The notes under the pieces: model-generated
Told to the model about the DNA's origin: nothing
The model's input: the letters and a program-made list of their open reading frames with translations, nothing else
Databases searched by the model: none
Assembly: GCA_036676985.1 (NCBI GenBank)
Contig: JAKFBU010000061.1
Coordinates: 1 to 64,000, forward strand
Length of the DNA: 64,000 nucleotides
Reading direction: 5' to 3'
DNA from: Candidatus Sericytochromatia bacterium
GTDB lineage: Bacteria > Cyanobacteriota > Sericytochromatia > S15B-MN24 > UBA4093
In this document: one piece after another, positions 15,320 to 22,831 of the stretch
Position numbering within the stretch: the stretch's first letter is position 1
Layout of the letters: every line of letters starts with the position of its first letter
Position numbers and translations under genes: made by a program

Positions 15320-16696
15320 CTACCAACGGAACAAGTTTAGCATAAATTGGCGGTTGTTCGTCTCGCCTAGATTCCCGTCGTCATGCGAACTTCCGGTGAT
15401 GGACCCCGCTGTCCAAGCGCTGGTGTCCCCCACCGCGACGACCATCCCCGCACCGTAGCTCCGGGCCGCCGCCATGCAGGGGCCGTCGGAGCCGACGGCG
15501 GCGACGCGGTAGCCCCCGGAGCCCGCATAGGCGATGCCCTGCGCGGACGGCAGCAGGAAGATCGAGCTCGCCTCGAAGAGCGTGATCCCCTGGGGCATGG
15601 CGTCCACCGCGGGCATGGGCCCGGAGATCCCCGGGACGCGCACCCACCCGCTCTGGCCCGCGTGCTGGGAGCTGCGGACCAGGTCGGGGTTGAAGGCGAG
15701 CCCGAAGGGGGTCGCAAGCTTGTTGAGGGCCTCGGGGTTGTAGCGCAGGGCGCCGCCCCACTCGCCAAGGAGGACGAGCTTGCCGCCGCCGGCCACGAAG
15801 GTCTTGAGGCGATCGATGGTCGATTGGCTCGCGAACTCGGCAGTCGGGCACACGACGACCCGGATGGCCGGGCTCGAGGCGTCATCCTGGACGGTGAAGC
15901 CCGCCGCAGCGAGCGCCGTGCGCAGCGGAGCGAGGGCCGTGGCCACGCTGCGGGTCGCGCCTCCCGAGAGCACGTCGTAGGTCTGGTTGGGGTTCTCGAA
16001 GGCCACCACCAGGCCCTGGTTTGCAAGCGCCACGTCGCCGACCGCGGCGTCCTGTCCGTTGACGGAGACGGCGGTGGTCGCGGGGGCGTAGCCCGTCTTG
16101 GCGATGGTGAGCGTGCTGGAGCCGGGTGTGAGGCCCTCCAGGGCGTAGGTGCCGTCCGCGCCCGTGTAGGCGACGGCCCCCCCGGAGCTGACGCGGGCGC
16201 CTGCGATCGCCTGTCCGCCCTGGGTCGTGACCCGGCCCAAGGCCCTGCCCGCCTGCGGCGTGAGCTCGACGGTCACGGCGGCCGGCGTGGCGGGGTTGAT
16301 GCCCACGCCCTCGATGACGCGCGTGGCGTAGCCCGGGGCCGCGACCTGGACGGCGTAGGTGCCGGCCTCCAGGGGGTCGAAGCGCATGTCCTGGGTCCCG
16401 TTCGTGACGCCCCGAGCGGGGGTCGGGCCCGAGAGGCTGATGGTGCAGCCCGCGAGCGCCTCCTGGGTGCCGGCCTTGACGGTCTTGATCGTGAGGATGC
16501 CGTTGACGATGGCGGTGCCGCTGACGAAGACCTCGCGGTCGAGGCCCGTGGGAGCAGGCGTCGGCGTCGCGGCCGGGGGCTGGGTGGGAGTCGGGCTCGG
16601 CTCGGGGTTGGGGGCCCAGGGCCAGGGGCACCCGGTGGCCGTCAGCACGACCAAGGCGGAAAGGGGAACCAGCCGCGCGAAGGGCCTGCGGCTCAT
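15320..16696 (-). CDS. Lipoprotein with carboxypeptidase-regulatory-like repeats and a DUF4350/GATase-like C-terminal domain
   Basis: Lipobox ATGC, GTY.V.V.APGY, FVAGGGKLVLLGEW and G.VVAVGD motifs. Confidence 0.75.
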   Translation of the reverse strand: MSRRPFARLVPLSALVVLTATGCPWPWAPNPEPSPTPTQPPAATPTPAPTGLDREVFVSGTAIVNGILTIKTVKAGTQEALAGCTISLSGPTPARGVTNGTQDMRFDPLEAGTYAVQVAAPGYATRVIEGVGINPATPAAVTVELTPQAGRALGRVTTQGGQAIAGARVSSGGAVAYTGADGTYALEGLTPGSSTLTIAKTGYAPATTAVSVNGQDAAVGDVALANQGLVVAFENPNQTYDVLSGGATRSVATALAPLRTALAAAGFTVQDDASSPAIRVVVCPTAEFASQSTIDRLKTFVAGGGKLVLLGEWGGALRYNPEALNKLATPFGLAFNPDLVRSSQHAGQSGWVRVPGISGPMPAVDAMPQGITLFEASSIFLLPSAQGIAYAGSGGYRVAAVGSDGPCMAAARSYGAGMVVAVGDTSAWTAGSITGSSHDDGNLGETNNRQFMLNLFRW

Positions 16697-18090
16697 AGCG
16701 AGCCTCCGGGGCCGCCCCAGGTCAGGGCCTTGAGGGGATCCACCAGGCCGTAGCCCCAGTCGGGCGAGAAGGTCTGGTCGCCGATCGGCTTGACGGTCGC
16801 CAGGAGACGCGCCCGCACCTGCGAGGGCGTGAGCGTCTCGCCACGCGCCTTGGCGTCGGCGATGACGAGTGCCGCCACGCCGCTCACGATGGGCGTGGCC
16901 ATGGAGGTGCCGCTCTGCGTGCCGTAGTGCTTGGACCGGCCGTAGACGAGCGAGAGGTAGTTGTCGTAGGTGGGCAGGGTCGCGTAGATGCCGCGGTCGG
17001 CGGACTTGTGGTCTCCGTCTCCGCCCGGGGCGACCAGGGACAGCTCGGGGCCGCGGTTGCTGTAGGACGGGACCGAGAGGGGGTTGGTGCTGACCCCGGA
17101 GGTCGAGCCCACGCAGATGACGCCCGCATAGGCCGCCGGGTAGTAGACCGGACCGTAGCCGTTGCCCGAGGCGATGACGACGGTGGAGCCCTTGGCGATG
17201 TCGTAGGCGATCGCGTCCGCCAGGGCCTGGCTCGGGGCCGGCCCGCCCACCGAGAGGTTGATGACGTCCGCCCCGGCGTCGGCGGCGTCCTTGAGGCCCT
17301 TGGCGATCGCGAAGTCGTCGCCCGAGCCGTCGGCGCGCATGACCTTGACGGGCAGGATGCTGACGCCCGGGGCGACGCCCACGACGTTGCCCACCGGAAC
17401 GCTGTTGATGACGACACCGGCATTGCCCGCGCTGGCCCCCACGATGCCCGCGACGTGGGTGCCGTGGCCGTTGCCGTCGATGCCCGTGAAGTTGCGGTTG
17501 CCGGTGGACACGCTGGAGTCGCTGCCCACCTCGTCGATGAAGCGCTTGTTGCCCTGCCCGTCTCGGGCGATGCGGTCCGTGAGGTCGGGGTGGTCGACGT
17601 CCACGCCGGTGTCCACCACCGCGACCGTCACGCCGGTGCCCGGCGTGCCCGAGATCGTGTCCCAAGCGGCCTGGATGCCGATGCCTCGCTCGGCGCCCAG
17701 GTACCACTGGTTGTAGTCGTCGGACTGTTCGGGGGCCGTGAACCCGAGGGTCTCGCGGAGGTAGTTGGGTTCGGCCCACTCGAGGGCCGCCTCGGCGGCC
17801 AGGCGGGCGCGCAGCGTGTCCACGTCCCCGGAGACGTGCCAGCGCTCGGAGTTGGGCAAGAGGCTGTCGTGGCGCGAGACGCCGTACTGCGAGCGCAGGG
17901 CGCTGCGGACGGTCTCCGGGGTCTCGGCCCGGAACTTGATGATCACCTGGCCCGGGACGGTCTCCACGTCGGCCCCGCGGGTCTGCGCGGGAACGCCGAA
18001 CAGGGTCTGGCAGCCGCCGAGGAACAGCGCCATGCCCAAGAGGCCGCTTGCGAGAAGCGGTCGAGTCGAGTTGCGGGGCTGCTGGGCCAC
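16693..18090 (-). CDS. S8 subtilisin-like serine protease lipoprotein
   Basis: VDTG, HGTHVAG and GTSMA triad. Lipobox LGGC. GTG start after GGAGG. Confidence 0.92.
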   Translation of the reverse strand: MAQQPRNSTRPLLASGLLGMALFLGGCQTLFGVPAQTRGADVETVPGQVIIKFRAETPETVRSALRSQYGVSRHDSLLPNSERWHVSGDVDTLRARLAAEAALEWAEPNYLRETLGFTAPEQSDDYNQWYLGAERGIGIQAAWDTISGTPGTGVTVAVVDTGVDVDHPDLTDRIARDGQGNKRFIDEVGSDSSVSTGNRNFTGIDGNGHGTHVAGIVGASAGNAGVVINSVPVGNVVGVAPGVSILPVKVMRADGSGDDFAIAKGLKDAADAGADVINLSVGGPAPSQALADAIAYDIAKGSTVVIASGNGYGPVYYPAAYAGVICVGSTSGVSTNPLSVPSYSNRGPELSLVAPGGDGDHKSADRGIYATLPTYDNYLSLVYGRSKHYGTQSGTSMATPIVSGVAALVIADAKARGETLTPSQVRARLLATVKPIGDQTFSPDWGYGLVDPLKALTWGGPGGSL

Positions 18091-18196
18091 GGGTGCCTCC
18101 ATGGGCTGCGGGATCGTCCACCCACACTTTACCCAGAAAGGCGCCGCCTTAGCAGGGTCAAGCCTAAGGCCCCCCTGAGTCGGCTCGAGGTAGGCG

Positions 18197-19660
18197 TTAC
18201 CAGCGGAAGAGATCGAGGATGAAGGCCTCGTTGCTCGCCTCGGCGAGGTTGCTCGATCCGGCGCCGCGCGTGGCGGGGTTGGCCCAGGCGCTGGTGTCGC
18301 CGACGGCGACGACCAGGCCGCGTCCATAGGGGCGGGCGGCCGCCACCCGGAAGTCGCCGTTCATGACCGCGCTCACGCGAAAGCCGCCCGCACCGGTGCT
18401 CGCGAGCGGCACGGCCGGCGCCGGCGCCAGGAGCGAGCAGCTGTCGAAGAGCTGGATCCCGTTGGGCACCGGGCTCACGGCGGGCAGCGCGGGTGCGACG
18501 CCGGGGAGGTGGATCCAGCCCGGGTTGGAGGAGCCGCTCAGGCGGACCAGATCCGGGTTGAAGGCGAGCCCGAAGGGCTCTGCCAGGCGGTTGAGCGTGT
18601 CGGGGTTATAGTTGAGGAAGCCGCCCCATTCGCCGAGCAGGACGAGCTTGCCGCCGGCGGCGACGAAGCTGCGGAGGCTCTCGGAGCGAGCCGCGGCGTC
18701 CCCGATGGCGGCGGACGTGGGGCTCGCGACCACCCGGATGGTCGGATCGCTCTGCTGCGCCTGGAGGGTGAAGCCGTTGTTCGTGAGCGCCGTCATCAGG
18801 GCGCTGAGTGAGTTGCCGACCGTGGAGTTGCCGAAGGCCTGGCCCGCGTTCTCGAGGTAGACGGTGCGCGGTCGGCTCGTGAGCCGCACGTCGCCGAGCG
18901 CCGCCCCGCTGGCGGTGACGGCCGCGCTCACGGCGGAGGGGGTGTAGCCGGTCTTGGCGACGGCGATCTCTTGGGTGCCGGTGGGCACGCCCGTCAGCCG
19001 GAAGGCGCCCGTGGCGTCGGCGAAGGCGTAGCTGTCGCCGTGGCTCACCCAGGCGCCGGGCAGGGGGTTGCCCGAGGCGTCGAGGGCGCGGCCCGTGATC
19101 TCGCCGCCCGCCGGGGCGAGCTCGTAGCTCACGGTGGTGGACGTCTGGGTCGAGAGGGTGATGGGGGCCGAGCTCACGGTGACGTAGCCCGGGGCCTCGA
19201 CGCGCACGTGGTAGGTGCCGGGCTCCAGGGGCTGCAGGGAGAGGTCGAGGTTGGCGGCACTCGTGCCCGAGGCCAGGGTGGGGCCGATGACCGTGACCTT
19301 GGCGTCGGCGACGCGCTCGCCGGTTCCGGCCTTGAGGAGTTTGATCGTGAGGCGGCCGCCGGCGATGGCCTCGCCCGCCTCGAAGACCAGGCCGGTGCTG
19401 GGGTCCACCACCTTGTGGGCGACGAAGTCGGGCGGGCGCTTGGCAGGGGCGAGGTTGACGGGAGAGGGGCAGCCGGCGAGGAGGAGCATGGTCACGAGCA
19501 GACTCGCTCCACCCCCCCATCCCCCCCTGCAAGCAAGGGGGGCACGAGGAGTCCTGCTACGCAGGTTTGGAGGACGGGAGAGGTCCCGCGCGAGAGGCCC
19601 CCCTTGCGAAGCAGGGGGGGGAGGGGGGGTGGATCCGTCGCCCAGTTCAGGCTGCGTCAT
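18197..19660 (-). CDS. Lipoprotein paralogue of 15320-16696, with a REP-like insert in its N-terminus
   Basis: Lipobox LAGC, same domain motifs, and a shared C-terminal LFRW. Confidence 0.75.
   Translation of the reverse strand: MTQPELGDGSTPPPPPASQGGPLARDLSRPPNLRSRTPRAPLACRGGWGGGASLLVTMLLLAGCPSPVNLAPAKRPPDFVAHKVVDPSTGLVFEAGEAIAGGRLTIKLLKAGTGERVADAKVTVIGPTLASGTSAANLDLSLQPLEPGTYHVRVEAPGYVTVSSAPITLSTQTSTTVSYELAPAGGEITGRALDASGNPLPGAWVSHGDSYAFADATGAFRLTGVPTGTQEIAVAKTGYTPSAVSAAVTASGAALGDVRLTSRPRTVYLENAGQAFGNSTVGNSLSALMTALTNNGFTLQAQQSDPTIRVVASPTSAAIGDAAARSESLRSFVAAGGKLVLLGEWGGFLNYNPDTLNRLAEPFGLAFNPDLVRLSGSSNPGWIHLPGVAPALPAVSPVPNGIQLFDSCSLLAPAPAVPLASTGAGGFRVSAVMNGDFRVAAARPYGRGLVVAVGDTSAWANPATRGAGSSNLAEASNEAFILDLFRW
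19508..19633. repeat. Inverted pair of poly-C/poly-G REP-like palindromes inside a CDS
   Basis: TCCACCCCCCCATCCCCCCCTGCAAGCAAGGGGGGC ... GCCCCCCTTGCGAAGCAGGGGGGGGAGGGGGGGTGGA. Confidence 0.75.
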
Positions 19661-21042
19661 GGCGTCGTTGCCCCATCATGCGTCATGTCCGAGATGGCCT
19701 TGGCCGGGTTCACCATGCCGTAGCCCGCATCGTTACTGAAGCTCGCCGTCCCCATGGGCGTGGTTGCCGCCAGGAGCCGCGTCCGCACCTGCGCGGGCGT
19801 GAGCGTCTGCCCGCGCGCCCGGGCCTCGGCGATGAGCAGGGCCGCCACCCCCGAGACCATCGGGGTGGCCATGGACGTGCCCACCTGGACGCCGTAGTTG
19901 AGCGGCTTGCCCGCGGTCCGGCTCAGGTAGTACGGGTACGTCGGCAGGGTCGAGTAGATGCCGAGGGCCGGGTTGCCCCCCGCCTCGGGGTTGCCGCCCG
20001 GCGCGACCAGGGCGAGCTGCGGTCCCACGTTGCTGTAGGCGGCGACCCTGCGGTCGGTGGTGGTGGCGCCCACCGCGATGACCCCGGAGTAGGCCGCCGG
20101 GTAGTAGACGGGCACCCCGTAGCCGTTGCCCGAGGCGATGACGACCGTGGCCCCCTTGGAGAAGTCGTAGGCGAGCGCCTCGGCGAGGATGGGGCTCGGG
20201 GACGGGCCGCCCACCGAGAGGTTGATGATGTCCGCCCCGGCGTCCGCCGCCGCCTTGAGGGCCTTGGCGATCGTGAAGTCGTCGCCGTCGCCGTCCGCGC
20301 GCATGGCCTTGACGGGCAACAGCTTGATGCCCGGCGCCACGCCCGTGACGCCCACGTTGTTGTTGCCGACCGCGCCGACGATCCCCGCCACGTGGGTGCC
20401 ATGGCCGTTGCCGTCCCGCATGAGGTAGCCGGCGTCGGTCTTGTCAGGGAACTCGCGGGTCACCACGCCTTCCTTGACCTCGTCGATGAACTTCTTGCCC
20501 CAGGGCGCGCGATCGGTGGGCTGGCTGGGGTCGTCGATCAGGTTGGCGCGCAGGTCCGGGTGGTTGGTGTCGATGCCCGTGTCCACGATGGCCACGATCA
20601 CGTCCCGACCCGGCGGCGTCACGGTCGTGCGGTTCCAGGCCGTGGGCATGTCGAGCCCCTTGTCGGCCGTCATGTACCACTGGTTGTTGAGGGCGTTGTC
20701 CGTCGCCTGGTAGGCGAGCGTGCGCCGGGTGTAGTTGGGCTGGACGAACTCGACGGAGGCCTCGCGGGCCAGGCCCGTCACGGCCTGGTCGGCGTCCGAC
20801 ACGTACCAGCGCTCGATGCCGGGCATGAGCGGATCGGTCGCTTTCACGCCGAAGCGATCGCGCAGCCGCCCCATCGCGTCGGGGGCGGTGCCCGCCGCGA
20901 ACTTGACGATCACCTGGCCGGGCAGGGCCTGGTGGCCGGGGGAGTCGGGCACGCGGACGCCGGGCGCCGCCTGGCAACCCTGGAGAGCGGCGAGCCCGAG
21001 GGCCGCTAGGAGGAGGGGATGGCGCTTTCGATCGAAGGACAT
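19657..21042 (-). CDS. S8 subtilisin-like serine protease lipoprotein (paralogue)
   Basis: VDTG, HGTHVAG and GTSMA triad. Lipobox LQGC. Confidence 0.92.
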   Translation of the reverse strand: MSFDRKRHPLLLAALGLAALQGCQAAPGVRVPDSPGHQALPGQVIVKFAAGTAPDAMGRLRDRFGVKATDPLMPGIERWYVSDADQAVTGLAREASVEFVQPNYTRRTLAYQATDNALNNQWYMTADKGLDMPTAWNRTTVTPPGRDVIVAIVDTGIDTNHPDLRANLIDDPSQPTDRAPWGKKFIDEVKEGVVTREFPDKTDAGYLMRDGNGHGTHVAGIVGAVGNNNVGVTGVAPGIKLLPVKAMRADGDGDDFTIAKALKAAADAGADIINLSVGGPSPSPILAEALAYDFSKGATVVIASGNGYGVPVYYPAAYSGVIAVGATTTDRRVAAYSNVGPQLALVAPGGNPEAGGNPALGIYSTLPTYPYYLSRTAGKPLNYGVQVGTSMATPMVSGVAALLIAEARARGQTLTPAQVRTRLLAATTPMGTASFSNDAGYGMVNPAKAISDMTHDGATTP

Positions 21043-21845
21043 AACTTCAATACCTGCGCTTCCGTAGCGGCCGAGGCCTTCGGGGACGGAGCGAGCCGCA
21101 TGGTCCCCTGGGGGCCGGGGCCTAGGGTGCGGGTGCCGTAGACCAGGTTGATGAGGTCCAGGTTCGCGCCGGGCGCGAGGCGCACGTCCACCGTCCCGGC
21201 GCCGGGCTTGGCGGGCGGGGTGTAGCGGGGCTTTTCGGGGAGCATCTCGGGCACCATGGGGACCGAGACGCGGTGGTTGGGCTCCGCGTACTCGACCAGG
21301 GGGCTGGCGCCGTAGACCCGCTGCATGCCCTCGACGGTCTGGCCGGCGGGCAGCTTGAGGCGGTAGACGTCGATGCCGCTGATCTTGTCCATGACCGTCA
21401 CGCCGTGCTGGGCGTTGAAGGCGTCGATCTGCGCTTGGGTCACGCCCTGCTTGAACTTGACCAGGAGCTCGCCCTCCACGTAGGACTGCTGCGAGGGCTG
21501 AGGGGCCATGCCCTCGTTGGGACGGGGCCAGACCTGGTTGACGTAGGGCAGGGTGGCGAAGAGGGTGGCGTAGTCCTCGCGGGTGCCGCGATCGCCCACC
21601 CCGAAGCTCCAGGTCCCGCGGCTCTCCGGCTTGGCGCCCTTGGTGCCGACGACCAGGTCCACGACCTTGACGAAGTAGGGGCCCACCTCGGGGTTGAACT
21701 GGACCAGGACGCGGTCGGCGGCGACTTCGGGCATGGGGGCTTTCTTGGCCTTGACCTCATGGGCGAAAGAGCTGCCGCTCGGCAGCAGCACCGCCAAGGC
21801 GAAGGCGGCGAGCCCGAGCATGGGAAGCAGACGTTTCGCGGCCAT
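21006..21845 (-). CDS. Secreted protein made of subtilase propeptide-like (I9/fervidolysin-N) domains, no catalytic domain
   Basis: Signal peptide, then YVEGELLVKFK...VYRLKLP...VEYAEPN. No D/H/S triad. Confidence 0.7.
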   Translation of the reverse strand: MAAKRLLPMLGLAAFALAVLLPSGSSFAHEVKAKKAPMPEVAADRVLVQFNPEVGPYFVKVVDLVVGTKGAKPESRGTWSFGVGDRGTREDYATLFATLPYVNQVWPRPNEGMAPQPSQQSYVEGELLVKFKQGVTQAQIDAFNAQHGVTVMDKISGIDVYRLKLPAGQTVEGMQRVYGASPLVEYAEPNHRVSVPMVPEMLPEKPRYTPPAKPGAGTVDVRLAPGANLDLINLVYGTRTLGPGPQGTMRLAPSPKASAATEAQVLKLCPSIESAIPSS

Positions 21846-21912
21846 AGGAGCCATCCTTTCCGTTGTGATTGTACCGTACCGGGTCCGGCCGCCGTGGCGG
21901 GGCCGGACGAAC

Positions 21913-22776
21913 TTACTGGCGAATTTCGGAGTTGTACGAGGCCAGGTTGACGCTGTCGTCCGACACGCCGCTTGGCTTGTTGAGCGGGAAGAGGACCGTG
22001 GGGCGGAACTTCTGGTTCTGGTCCTGGCTCCGCAACGCGGTGCGCAGGGTGACGCCCGGCTCATTCTCGGAGAGGGTCCAACGGTCGATGATCGCGCCCT
22101 CGAGGTTGGAGGTGACGAAGTTGGCCGTCACGATCGTGCCGGGCGCTTGGGTGCCCGGGGTCGCGGGGACGAGGTTGGTGCCGTTCACGAGTGATTTCAG
22201 CCGGATGAGCACCACCAGCGACTGCCGGTCCACGAACCAGTCCTGGCCCTGTTGGAGGTTGTCCACGTTGGGCAGGATGAGCGTCGGGTTGGTCACGGGG
22301 TTGGGGTGCTGACCGTGGATCAGTCGCAGCTGGCCGGTCTCGTTGCTGAGGACGAAGTAGTCGCTCCACGTGACGGGCAGGATTGGCGCGGTGCCCGTGT
22401 ATTCCGGCGTCCTTCGCGGATCGGTGGTCTTGTCGTCATTGGGACCACTCAAGAAAAACGGAAGATCCCAGCCGATACGAGGCCGCACGATGGGCAACGG
22501 TCCATAGACGCGCGGTCCCGCTGGCTGGCCCGAGGTCGGCACGACGCCCGCGTTCGCGACGGTTTCCGCGGCGGCGTAGTCGGTGCCCACGGCATCCGCC
22601 GTGGTCGCCGTGTTGAGCACGATGTAGTAGCGAATGGTCGGGCTGCTGATGTCGATGCTGCCCCGCATTTGGAGCGTGAGGCGCATGATGGGCTCGCCAA
22701 ATTGCTCCTGAGTGCTGTTGGCACATCCGGTGGCGGTTAGGAGTCCGGTTATCAGTACGGCAGCAAGTCGGCGCAT
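21913..22776 (-). CDS. Hypothetical lipoprotein
   Basis: MRRLAAVLITGLLTATGC lipobox, RBS GAGGA. Confidence 0.7.
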   Translation of the reverse strand: MRRLAAVLITGLLTATGCANSTQEQFGEPIMRLTLQMRGSIDISSPTIRYYIVLNTATTADAVGTDYAAAETVANAGVVPTSGQPAGPRVYGPLPIVRPRIGWDLPFFLSGPNDDKTTDPRRTPEYTGTAPILPVTWSDYFVLSNETGQLRLIHGQHPNPVTNPTLILPNVDNLQQGQDWFVDRQSLVVLIRLKSLVNGTNLVPATPGTQAPGTIVTANFVTSNLEGAIIDRWTLSENEPGVTLRTALRSQDQNQKFRPTVLFPLNKPSGVSDDSVNLASYNSEIRQ

Positions 22777-22831
22777 TGGTTTCCTCGTGTGGTTATTCCT
22801 GTGACGAGCGGCCCCGTCTCCGGGTTCCATC

